A stretch of DNA of 64,000 bases from a bacterium (GCA_035402985.1 DAONEH010000001.1:3123-67122), one strand, 5' to 3'; shown: positions 29,653-39,042, counted from the first letter of the stretch. Translations and numbers: made by a program. Notes: generated from the sequence alone by a model not told the origin.

Positions 29653-30621
29653 TTAATCTATTATTTCAAGCACACCAATGCTTAAGAAATCTCCTTTGCG
29701 TGCTTTGATTAATTTATCATATATCTTATCCCATTTTTCAATTTCAGTTATTGTAATACATCCCAAAGAGCGGCTGCCAGTGTGCAGATATCTTTCGCCA
29801 TCATGGCCGACCCTAAACCAACTTTTGGCTCTAAACGATCTATTCTCATAATGCCTTCCTCCAAGGTGAGGATAATCAGGAATCTCAATGTCATATAGTC
29901 CTTTCTTCCAAGATGTTTCTGTATAATCCGTGGCTTTATATTTTATATTACCTATAATCAGTTTTTTTTGAAAAATGGAATACTGGAGATGAATTAAAGG
30001 TTTATGTTTTACATCGGCCAAAAGCCGTGAATTACTATTGTTTGCATTATCTAGACTAACAGAAGCTTTTTGCCCCCTATAGGGACCTTCTAAAATCGTA
30101 AAATATTCGCGCCCACTCTCAACATACCCTAATTGTACTTTTAAAAAGGCAGGAAGAGAAACAGTCTCGCCACTTGTAATTTTAACTTTGAGCCAACCAT
30201 TATTAACATCGGGGATATACCTTATTGTTTCTGTGACCAAGGCCTCAATCGTAACTTCAAAAATAGCAGTAGACTTGCCCCAGGTCTTGCCAAAACGATT
30301 TTCGCGAAGCTCAATATTATAGGTGAAATTCTGCGGCCTAACGTCATCCGTATCGACTTTAATTGTCTTTTCTGTCTTCCCAATATCATTAAATAATATA
30401 TCTTTTTCTGCAATAGTGATTTTTACTTTGGTAGAAAATGTTTTTTGGTCAGAGGGAAAATCACCTATCGCTTGACTGAATTCGACGGTTTTTCTAGCCT
30501 GTATCCTTTTATCGGCGCGCAAGATCTTGTCCAATAATTCTATATCAATACGGATGTCGTTACCAATCGATTTACCTGTATATTTTATTTTTATCAGTTT
30601 AAATTGAATTTTTTTAAGCAT
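29653..30621 (-). CDS. Hypothetical protein (322 aa) with C-terminal His/Cys motif reminiscent of the L,D-transpeptidase (YkuD)-like fold
   Basis: The N-terminal ~200 aa is beta-rich. The C-terminus is HLGGRHYENRSFRAKSWFRVGHDGERYLHTGSRSLGCITITEIEKWDKIYDKLIKARKGDFLSIGVLEI. LHTG...SLGCIT resembles H-G-[ST]...S-H-G-C-[IV]-R of Ldt catalytic domains, with shorter spacing. It has no signal peptide and higher GC. Confidence 0.45.
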   Translation of the reverse strand: MLKKIQFKLIKIKYTGKSIGNDIRIDIELLDKILRADKRIQARKTVEFSQAIGDFPSDQKTFSTKVKITIAEKDILFNDIGKTEKTIKVDTDDVRPQNFTYNIELRENRFGKTWGKSTAIFEVTIEALVTETIRYIPDVNNGWLKVKITSGETVSLPAFLKVQLGYVESGREYFTILEGPYRGQKASVSLDNANNSNSRLLADVKHKPLIHLQYSIFQKKLIIGNIKYKATDYTETSWKKGLYDIEIPDYPHLGGRHYENRSFRAKSWFRVGHDGERYLHTGSRSLGCITITEIEKWDKIYDKLIKARKGDFLSIGVLEIID

Positions 30622-30644
30622 ACAGATTTTTATTTTTTAAATTT

Positions 30645-31115
30645 TTATACATTTTGTCCATTTAATATCGACTGTAGTTCCTTGACTTTTATCAATAGAG
30701 TTTTAGCATCTGTATGGGCTTGACCTAGTTCTGCCTCCGAAATTCCGATAAAATCACCATATTCGATCCTATTTCTTTTCTTTCTCATTTGTTGGAATCT
30801 TTGAAATTCATTACTGAGTTCGCCGTTAAGCAAAATGGCGGCAGCATTGATTACAATATAATGATGTCCTTCTCCACTTGTTTTCGCTCTATATCCGTTA
30901 ATTAACAATATAGCTTCACAGCATAATCTTATAGAATCATAGATGTTATTATACACAATATCCTCATCCCCAGTACCTATCCCGGACAAATTTTTATTTG
31001 CAAAATTATATAACCTGTCAGCCTTCTCAATTTTTATTTCAACCCCTTTTAAGCTGAACGAAAAAGGCTCAATAGAATTATTATTTAATAATGTTTGAAT
31101 CTCTTGTAAAATCAT
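30645..31115 (-). CDS. HEPN-domain protein (putative toxin of a HEPN/MNT pair)
   Basis: It is ~156 aa and all-helical, partnered with and overlapping by 35 nt an upstream minimal nucleotidyltransferase. The R-x4-6-H region reads RKKRNRIEYGD, with Y where the canonical H would sit. Confidence 0.65.
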   Translation of the reverse strand: MILQEIQTLLNNNSIEPFSFSLKGVEIKIEKADRLYNFANKNLSGIGTGDEDIVYNNIYDSIRLCCEAILLINGYRAKTSGEGHHYIVINAAAILLNGELSNEFQRFQQMRKKRNRIEYGDFIGISEAELGQAHTDAKTLLIKVKELQSILNGQNV

Positions 31116-31668
31116 ACGGGCTTCCTTTTAATTTAATTATTGGAGATAAAAATATATTAGATATAAAATTATTTTTTTCTTTGATTTTTTTAACAATTTC
31201 TTGACTACTGTAAATATGATAATTTATCTCTCTAGCAATTTTCCCTTCTAACGAACTTATCATGGTAATAAGGGCGTCTTGGTTTATATTTCCAATCAAC
31301 ATTAAATCAATATCGCTATTATTATTTTCTGTTCCCTTGGCTATTGATCCAAAAATAAAAGCACATTCAACATTATCAAGTTTATCAACTAACTTTTTCA
31401 ATTCATTTTCTAAACCAGATGTTTTTGAAATAATGCTTTTTATTTCTTCATAAAGCGGGTGTTCTTTATTTAATCTAAAAAAACGCATATTCCCGCGACG
31501 CTCATCTAATAATATCTTATCTTCCACTAAATTATCTAAATATTTTTGATAATGGCTTGGCTCTTTATTTAGATTTTTAGCGATTTCTCTAAAATAGTAT
31601 TCTTTGTCTGGATTTTTAAAAAATAACTCCATGATTTCTCCGCCGCCCTTTTTTAAAAAATTTAGCAT
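31081..31668 (-). CDS. Nucleotidyltransferase (MNT) with N-terminal winged HTH (putative antitoxin)
   Basis: FIFGSIAKGTENNNSDIDLMLIG is the minimal NTase motif GS-x9-13-D[IL]D. An N-terminal wHTH (YFREIAKNLNKEPSHYQKYLDNLVEDKIL) is also present. Confidence 0.8.
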   Translation of the reverse strand: MLNFLKKGGGEIMELFFKNPDKEYYFREIAKNLNKEPSHYQKYLDNLVEDKILLDERRGNMRFFRLNKEHPLYEEIKSIISKTSGLENELKKLVDKLDNVECAFIFGSIAKGTENNNSDIDLMLIGNINQDALITMISSLEGKIAREINYHIYSSQEIVKKIKEKNNFISNIFLSPIIKLKGSPYDFTRDSNIIK

Positions 31669-31866
31669 AAAATATGTTTAATAATTATTCCTGGTTATAT
31701 TATACACGATTTATATACAATTGTACATACTTTTTATACGATGGTTAATATTCGTCAATAATTACACGTTTATCAAGAAAAAAATTAAATTATCCTAAAA
31801 TTTCCGCCCACTTCTCAATTCCCACAATAATCTCACTAAAATTTTGATAAATCTCGGAGCGTAGGA

Positions 31867-33876
31867 CTACTTAATAAATCTAAAAATATAAAGTTTACCC
31901 TCATCAATACTATAATAATCATCAGCTACTGCTTTCATTTCTTCAATTATTTTATCAAAAGCCCACCAATAATCATTAACGACTACTAAACATTCATCCG
32001 CTCCAGTTTTATCTAATAAGTCCTTAGCTAATTCTTTATCAGGATTAGCTATTATTTTTAAATAATAATCATATAATAATCCACCAGTTTGAACCGAATA
32101 ATAAAACCAAGAATCATAATAACGTTTAAAACCATATTCTTTGATAGCGGCTGCCCCCACCTGCTGATTAGCTAAAACTATATAATTATCATTAATTTTA
32201 TGCTCTTCAATATGTTTAACAGTTGAAAAATCGGATTGAGACACAGAAAAAGATCGAGAATTAAAATAATTATCTTTACGTGGATAATTAAGATATAAAG
32301 AAACAAGACATAGGACACCAAGAAATATTAATAATATAATTTTAAATATTCTAGCTTCCTTCTCTATTTTTTTTAATAAACAAACAAACATATCATAAAA
32401 AACTGGAACTAAAAATAAGAAAGAAATTATTAAAATCCGCTTAGCATAAGAATCTTTATCCACGGCACTTAAAAAAGGAAAATCAATAAAAGAACTCAAT
32501 ATATAAGAAAATATTAAAGCTAAAGAATTAAAAAAGAAAATTTTTAATTCCGGACGACCTTTTTTAAAAACAAAAAAGGTTATTATGATAAACAATAATA
32601 ATAGCCACCAATTATTATTAGAACCAAAAAAATAAATAAAATTAAGAAATATATTTTCTTGTCCTAAAAAATTAAAAGACCATTTTGAAAAATCAAAACT
32701 TCCAATTGAAAAACGTCCACCAATTATAATTAAAAGAATTGGTAAAATAATAATTTGTCCTAAATAACTTAAAATTTTACCTAATTTTAAAAATTTAATT
32801 GGTATTCTACTTGTTTCTAATTTATTTAAAAATAATATAAAAACAAAAATAATGGCTGGAATACCAGCTAAGGGATGAATAAAAAATATACTTAAAGCTA
32901 TGGAGAATAAAAAAATAAAATTATACCGATTAGCAATAAAGTATTTATTAAATGAAAACAATATTAAAATAATCAGGAATAAAAAAGATAAATTTTGTGG
33001 AACGGTATAAGTAAAAATAGAAAATGGTAATAATAAAAAGATTATTAAAGGCCAAATTATTTTATTATACCCTCTGTTTCTAAAATTAAACCAAAAAGTT
33101 AGAGGAATTAAAATAGCTGATAATACTGGTACTAATAATTTATTTATTAAACCAATTGATAAAGGTAAAATTTTAAAAAGCGATAATTCTAAAACATATT
33201 GACCTATATAATAAATTGTTTTAGGCTCAATTAAACCAGTTGACAAAATATCAATCATGGCTCGCTCATGAAGAAGTTGATCATAACCAAAAGCTATTTT
33301 ATAAATAAAAACAGAAATAGAAAAAAATAAAAAATACCATAAAATTATAAAAAGATAAGACCAAGAGTTTTTTTGATAAAAACTTAAAAATATTAATCCA
33401 ATTAAAAGACCAATTAATACCCAAAAATACCAAGGAAGAAAAAACCAGGGTGAAGCTATAGCTCCTAAACTTCCAGCTTTAAACAATACAAAAAACAAAT
33501 AAGCAAAAATAATAAAGATACCAGCTGAAATAATTATTTTTAATCCTTTATTTTTTTTCTTTAAAGTATCTAACTCTATTTTATCAATTTCTTGCTGATT
33601 AGGACGAGAAATGATAAAATATATAAACAGACCAGTAAAAAATAAGGCTAAAATTAAAGAAATTAAAGCTGTTAAATTATTAAAACGATAAAAATAATAA
33701 ATAATTGAAGCGTTATTTATAAACAACGATAAAAATAATAATCCAATTATTAACCAATTTCTTTTGCTATAATGTAATATTTTATTAATAGTCATACTTA
33801 TATAATATACCATAATATATGAAAATTGCCCAAGTAGTTTGTGTTTACCCACCCTATGCCGGTGGAATTGGAACAT
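31867..33876 (-). CDS. Large polytopic membrane protein (>=12 TM) with C-terminal soluble domain; probable GT-C-type glycosyltransferase (ArnT/PMT-like)
   Basis: The architecture is ~450 aa of TM helices followed by a ~200-aa C-terminal globular domain. It sits in a GT-rich, polyprenyl-P-sugar context. The likely true start is downstream (MTINKIL..., ~33795), because the annotated 5' end overlaps the divergent GT1 start. Confidence 0.45.
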   Translation of the reverse strand: MFQFHRHRVGKHKLLGQFSYIMVYYISMTINKILHYSKRNWLIIGLLFLSLFINNASIIYYFYRFNNLTALISLILALFFTGLFIYFIISRPNQQEIDKIELDTLKKKNKGLKIIISAGIFIIFAYLFFVLFKAGSLGAIASPWFFLPWYFWVLIGLLIGLIFLSFYQKNSWSYLFIILWYFLFFSISVFIYKIAFGYDQLLHERAMIDILSTGLIEPKTIYYIGQYVLELSLFKILPLSIGLINKLLVPVLSAILIPLTFWFNFRNRGYNKIIWPLIIFLLLPFSIFTYTVPQNLSFLFLIILILFSFNKYFIANRYNFIFLFSIALSIFFIHPLAGIPAIIFVFILFLNKLETSRIPIKFLKLGKILSYLGQIIILPILLIIIGGRFSIGSFDFSKWSFNFLGQENIFLNFIYFFGSNNNWWLLLLFIIITFFVFKKGRPELKIFFFNSLALIFSYILSSFIDFPFLSAVDKDSYAKRILIISFLFLVPVFYDMFVCLLKKIEKEARIFKIILLIFLGVLCLVSLYLNYPRKDNYFNSRSFSVSQSDFSTVKHIEEHKINDNYIVLANQQVGAAAIKEYGFKRYYDSWFYYSVQTGGLLYDYYLKIIANPDKELAKDLLDKTGADECLVVVNDYWWAFDKIIEEMKAVADDYYSIDEGKLYIFRFIK

Positions 33877-34922
33877 CAGCCCAAAAATTACAAAAAATAT
33901 TATCTGACCAACACGAAGTTTTTGTTTTTACCCCAATTAATAAAAATAAAAATAATAATAATTTGGAAAATAATATCATTCGATTAAAACCAAGCTTAAA
34001 ATTAGGCCATGGAGCCATCCTTTGTTCCCTACTTAAAAAACTAAAAAACTTTGATTTAATATATTTTCATTATCCTTTTTTTGGCACCGGAATAATAATA
34101 TGGTTATTTAAAATTTTTAATCCTCAAAAAAAACTAATTATCCAATACCACATGGATGTTAGACAAAAAAATATTATTTATAAAATATTGAGTTGGCCTG
34201 AAGAAATTATTAAAAAATCATTATTTAAAAAAGCTGATTTAATAATAGTAGCTTCTTTAGATTATATTAAACACAGTAAAATAAAAAATATTTATCAAAA
34301 ATATCAATCTAAATTTAAAGAAATTCCTTTTTCCGTTGATACTAATAAATTTAAACCAAATACTAATCAAATAATAAAAGATAATATTATATTATTTGTA
34401 GGAGGATTAGACAAAGCTCATTATTTTAAAGGAGTTGATATTTTAATTCAGGCGGTTAATTTAATTAAAGATCAAGATTATATATTAAAAATAGCTGGTA
34501 CTGGTCAATTAGCTAAGGATTATAAAAAATTAACTCAGGAATTAAAAATTGATAATAAAGTAATATTTTTAGGAAAACTTAATGAAAATGAATTAATAGC
34601 AAATTATCAAAATGCCAAAGTTTTAGTTTTGCCATCTATTAATAATAATGAAGCTTTTGGTATTGTTTTGATAGAAGCGATGGCTTGTGGTACTCCCGTT
34701 ATTGCTTCTAATTTACCTGGGGTTCGTTTAGTGTTTGAAGATAAAATATCAGGTTTCCAAACAGAAGTAAAAAATATTATTGATTTAAAAAATAAACTAG
34801 AAATTATTTTAGCTGATGATATTTCTCTTAACATGGGCCAAAAAGCTCAGCAATTGGTTAAAGAAAAATATTCTGATATAGTAGTAAGTTCTAAAATACT
34901 AAATTTAATAAATTCTTTATGA
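33819..34922 (+). CDS. Glycosyltransferase family 1 (GT4-type)
   Basis: EAFGIVLIEAMACGTPVIASN is present. The TGA stop overlaps the next ATG (ATGA). Confidence 0.85.
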   Translation: MKIAQVVCVYPPYAGGIGTSAQKLQKILSDQHEVFVFTPINKNKNNNNLENNIIRLKPSLKLGHGAILCSLLKKLKNFDLIYFHYPFFGTGIIIWLFKIFNPQKKLIIQYHMDVRQKNIIYKILSWPEEIIKKSLFKKADLIIVASLDYIKHSKIKNIYQKYQSKFKEIPFSVDTNKFKPNTNQIIKDNIILFVGGLDKAHYFKGVDILIQAVNLIKDQDYILKIAGTGQLAKDYKKLTQELKIDNKVIFLGKLNENELIANYQNAKVLVLPSINNNEAFGIVLIEAMACGTPVIASNLPGVRLVFEDKISGFQTEVKNIIDLKNKLEIILADDISLNMGQKAQQLVKEKYSDIVVSSKILNLINSL

Positions 34923-36055
34923 AAATAGCTATTATAAATAATCTATATCAACCATATAATAAAGGTGGGGCTGAAAAAAATTGTCAAAAATTAATAAATG
35001 AAGCTCAGGCTCAAGGTCATGATTGTTTTATTATCACCACTAAACCCAAAAAAGAAACTAAAATAAATTATGATCCTCGAACCTATTATTTACCCTCTAA
35101 TTATTATTTCTTAAAAAAAACTACTATTATTTATCGCCTATTTTGGCAAATAGCTAATATTTTTAATTTTTTTCGAGGTCCACAATTAAAAAAAATATTA
35201 ATAACCGAAAAACCAGATATAATTATTACTCATAATTTAATGGGTATTGGCATAAGAAGTTTTAAAATTATAAAAAAATTAAAAATAAAACAAATACATA
35301 TTCTTCATGATATTCAATTATTTTATCCTTCTGGTTTAATGTTTTATGGACAAGAAAAAAAAGTAAATTCATTACCAGCTAAACTTTATCAACTAATTAA
35401 TCGAAATTTAGTGGGTTCACCTGATTTAATTGTGTCACCCTCTAAGTGGTTACTTACCGAACATACAAAAAGAAAATTCTTTGAATCTAGTCATAAAATT
35501 ATTTTAAAAAATCCAGTAGATAATACTAGAGAAAATAATATTGAAAGAAATATACCAAAGAATAAATATACTTTTTTATTTATTGGCCAAATTGAATTAC
35601 ATAAAGGTATATTATTTTTAATTAATACTTTTAAAAAAATACCTAATGATAATATAATATTAAATATAGTTGGCCAGGGTAGTTTATTAAATCAAGCTAA
35701 AAAAATAGCTCAAACTGATAAAAGAATTAATTTTTTAGGTTTTAATAATGATATTGAAATAGAACAATTAAAAACTAGTGATTGTTTAATAGTTCCCTCC
35801 TGGTGTTATGAAAATTCACCAACCGTTATTTATAATGCTTTAAATTATAATCTACCAATCATTGCTTCTAATTTAGGTGGTATTCCAGAATTATTTACCA
35901 ATCAATCAGGTTTATTATTTACACCTAAAGACGAGTTAGATTTAATAAATAAAATAAACGAATATTTAAATAATCCTACTTCTTTTATTTATAATAAAAA
36001 ACCGGTTGAAACCGGTTATTTAACAGAAATATTAAAAAATATATCTAGAGATTAA
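34919..36055 (+). CDS. Glycosyltransferase family 1 (GT4-type)
   Basis: The N-terminus MKIAIINNLYQPYNKGGAEK is typical of GT4 enzymes, and ENSPTVIYNALNYNLPIIASNLGG lies in the C-terminal domain. Confidence 0.8.
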   Translation: MKIAIINNLYQPYNKGGAEKNCQKLINEAQAQGHDCFIITTKPKKETKINYDPRTYYLPSNYYFLKKTTIIYRLFWQIANIFNFFRGPQLKKILITEKPDIIITHNLMGIGIRSFKIIKKLKIKQIHILHDIQLFYPSGLMFYGQEKKVNSLPAKLYQLINRNLVGSPDLIVSPSKWLLTEHTKRKFFESSHKIILKNPVDNTRENNIERNIPKNKYTFLFIGQIELHKGILFLINTFKKIPNDNIILNIVGQGSLLNQAKKIAQTDKRINFLGFNNDIEIEQLKTSDCLIVPSWCYENSPTVIYNALNYNLPIIASNLGGIPELFTNQSGLLFTPKDELDLINKINEYLNNPTSFIYNKKPVETGYLTEILKNISRD

Positions 36056-37319
36056 TAATTTTCTCCTCACCACTTAGCATATCTTTAATTTTATAAACAC
36101 CTTTCTTTTTCTCATCTTCACCTAAAATAATAACTTGAGTAATTTTATTTTTATCCGCATATTCTAAAGCTCGAGAAATTTTAGTAATACTTAAACCAAG
36201 CTCAACACGATAATTATCTCGGCGTAATTTTTTAGCTAATAAAAAAACATCATTTTTTAAATCTTCACTAAGTAATGGTAAATAATAATAATCTTGTTTT
36301 AAGTTTATACTTGGTAAAATATTCCAAGATTCTAAGAATAATTTAAAAGTCTCATCACCCGGAGCAAAACCAATAGCTGGAAAATCTTTAACTCCAAAAA
36401 GATTAGATAAACTATTATAACGACCACCACCAAACATGGCTCGATTATTATCGGGATGTTTATCGAATAATTCAAAAACTAAACCATCATAATAGTCAAA
36501 ACCACGAATAACAGCCGAATCAAATTCAACATAATCTTTATAGCCTAAGCTATTTAATTGAGAAATTATATTTTTTAAGAATATAAAACCAAAACATGTT
36601 TTTAATTCTTTTATTTTATCAACTAAATCATCTAAATCAGAAGCTTTAATAAATTTTAAAATTTTATCGATTTGTTCATTTTTCAAACCTATTTCTTCCA
36701 TGCTTTTTATTAATTCATCACCTGACATTTTATTATATTTATCCATTAATCTCATGGTAGGAGTTTTTTGATCATCTTTTATTTTAATAATATCAAATAA
36801 AGAATTTATCAAACCTCGATGATTTATTTTTAAAACAAAAGAATTTTTAGGTGGATTAAAAGCTAAAACTAAATCAATAGCCAATTGTAAAATTTCTAAA
36901 TCAGCTAATTCCCCACTCTCACTAAAAATATCACAATTTAATTGCCAAAATTCACGATTACGACCTCGTTGTGGTTTTTCATTTCTAATAAAATTAGCAA
37001 TAGAAAAAAGTTTTAAAGGTTTAGAGACAGTATTATAAGTCTTAGAAACCATTCGAACAACACTTGGAGTCATTTCTGGTCTAATAGCTAATTCTCGACC
37101 TCCCTGATCAACAAAAACCATTAATTCTTTCTGACCTAAATCCCCGCCTGATTTAGCTCGATAAATATCAGCATTTTCAAGTAATGGGGTTAAATATTCA
37201 ATAAAACCAAAAGACTTACAAACTTGGCGCCAAGTATTAAAAATATAATTACGAGTAGCCATCTCCTCTGGCATCCAATCACAAGTTCCTTTTATTTCTT
37301 GGTTAGAAATATTTTTCAT
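36045..37319 (-). CDS. hisS: Histidyl-tRNA synthetase
   Basis: Class II motifs are present, with FQLNCDIF, GGGRYNSL (GGGRYD.L) and an anticodon-binding C-terminal domain. Confidence 0.85.
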   Translation of the reverse strand: MKNISNQEIKGTCDWMPEEMATRNYIFNTWRQVCKSFGFIEYLTPLLENADIYRAKSGGDLGQKELMVFVDQGGRELAIRPEMTPSVVRMVSKTYNTVSKPLKLFSIANFIRNEKPQRGRNREFWQLNCDIFSESGELADLEILQLAIDLVLAFNPPKNSFVLKINHRGLINSLFDIIKIKDDQKTPTMRLMDKYNKMSGDELIKSMEEIGLKNEQIDKILKFIKASDLDDLVDKIKELKTCFGFIFLKNIISQLNSLGYKDYVEFDSAVIRGFDYYDGLVFELFDKHPDNNRAMFGGGRYNSLSNLFGVKDFPAIGFAPGDETFKLFLESWNILPSINLKQDYYYLPLLSEDLKNDVFLLAKKLRRDNYRVELGLSITKISRALEYADKNKITQVIILGEDEKKKGVYKIKDMLSGEEKIINL

Positions 37320-37335
37320 ATTTTTATTTATAATT

Positions 37336-38256
37336 TTATTTATAATTTGTAATATATTCTTTTAAAGCCTCTTTCCAGGATCTAAGTGGCGGTAATTTGG
37401 TATTAGCTAAAACTGAATATTTTGGTCGTTTAGCTGGTCGAGGAAAATTTTCTGATAATACCGGCTTTATCTTTATACTAATTTTTTTTAATTTAAACAA
37501 CTCCGAAGCAGCATCATACCAAATAGCTGGTTCACTATTTCTAACATGATAAATACCAAATTCTAAATTATTTTCTAAAATTTCTCTAATTTGTCGAGCT
37601 AAATCAGGTGTATAAGTAAAACAACTTAATTCCTCATTAACCACACTTATTTCTTTTTTCCCAGAAGCCATTTTTAATATTTGATCAAAAAAATTTTCCT
37701 TAGACATTGGCGAGGCTCCTTTAGGTCCAAAAGGTTTAGAAGTTCTAATTATATAATATTTTAATTTTTTATCAACCAATTTTAATACTTCATCTTCTCC
37801 TAACATTTTAGTTTGACCATATTTATTAACCGGACATCTATGAGCCTCTTCGGTAAAACCACCTCTTTCTTTTATTTTTAAAAATTCCTCTTGGCTATCA
37901 TCATTTTTTTGACAAATATCTCCACCAAAAACATAATTACTCGACATCTGAATAAAAATAGATTCAGTAGCTAATGCTGTTTGAGCTAAATATTTAATAG
38001 CTTTAACATTAATTTTATAAGCCATTTCAAATTCTTCTGTTAATTCCTCACATTTATCAACCGAATTATAACCAATGGCATTAATAATAATATCTGGTTT
38101 AATTTTTTTTATCTTAGAAATTATTAAATTAGGTTCTAATAAATTAGATTCCCTGTAATCATAAGCCAAAACTTGATAATTATCTGAATTAGAAAATTCT
38201 TTAACTAATTGGCTCCCTAAATTACCGGTCGAACCTAAAATTAATACTTTTTTCAT
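37336..38256 (-). CDS. NAD(P)-dependent sugar nucleotide reductase/epimerase, RmlD (dTDP-4-dehydrorhamnose reductase)-like
   Basis: It has the Rossmann GSTGNLGSQL motif, the YGQTK catalytic YxxxK motif, and a size and layout like RfbD. Confidence 0.6.
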   Translation of the reverse strand: MKKVLILGSTGNLGSQLVKEFSNSDNYQVLAYDYRESNLLEPNLIISKIKKIKPDIIINAIGYNSVDKCEELTEEFEMAYKINVKAIKYLAQTALATESIFIQMSSNYVFGGDICQKNDDSQEEFLKIKERGGFTEEAHRCPVNKYGQTKMLGEDEVLKLVDKKLKYYIIRTSKPFGPKGASPMSKENFFDQILKMASGKKEISVVNEELSCFTYTPDLARQIREILENNLEFGIYHVRNSEPAIWYDAASELFKLKKISIKIKPVLSENFPRPAKRPKYSVLANTKLPPLRSWKEALKEYITNYK

Positions 38257-38406
38257 GGAAAAATCAATAAATTATTACTAAATATATTATACCATATTTA
38301 TTGGGATAAATAAAAACATATGTATTAAAATAACTTGCTTTTTAAAAAATAATATGCTTAGATTATATAATAAATTAGTCCTTTTAAAAAACCAAAAAAA
38401 TAAAAC

Positions 38407-39042
38407 ATGAAAAAAAATAAAAAATGGATAATACCAATTATCCTAGCTATAATTACGGTTTTAATATACTCCGTAATTTACGTAATAACAAAAAAAATTC
38501 CAACAACCAATGCCATAAGAATTTTCTCGCCAAACAATGTGTGGTGGGATTGGCCAATCTATTTTTTCCTACCATTCTCCTATTATTGGATTTTTGATGC
38601 CATTTTTATATTTATTTTTTCATTTTTATTGATAAATAAATTTAATGACATTAAAAAAACAAAAAATAGTACTATTCGACTCTTTAAAAAAGAAATTGAT
38701 GTTACTTATAAAGATCAAATCTTTTTAATTTTTACATTTTTTTCTTTTGGAATAATTATTGGTGCTATAAGCTTTTTTTATCTAGGCTTACTAGCCAAAA
38801 TAATTGCTGCTGTAATTTTAGGGATAATAACCGGATTCTTTCTTTATAATAATTCCGGTAATGGTTTTGAACCAAGCCTTATTTCTCTAGCCGGATTATT
38901 TTTTGGCTTAGGTGTTGGTTTGTGCCCACCTAGCAATTTTGGTTTTCCCTTATTATCAGCAATTATATTTTATTATATATTTCTACTTGGTTTTTTAATA
39001 AAAACCTCCGTGCTCTGTAAGTATAATAATAAAAAAACCTAG
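38407..39042 (+). CDS. Hypothetical polytopic membrane protein (211 aa)
   Basis: It has 5-6 predicted TM helices and no recognisable motifs. Confidence 0.5.
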   Translation: MKKNKKWIIPIILAIITVLIYSVIYVITKKIPTTNAIRIFSPNNVWWDWPIYFFLPFSYYWIFDAIFIFIFSFLLINKFNDIKKTKNSTIRLFKKEIDVTYKDQIFLIFTFFSFGIIIGAISFFYLGLLAKIIAAVILGIITGFFLYNNSGNGFEPSLISLAGLFFGLGVGLCPPSNFGFPLLSAIIFYYIFLLGFLIKTSVLCKYNNKKT

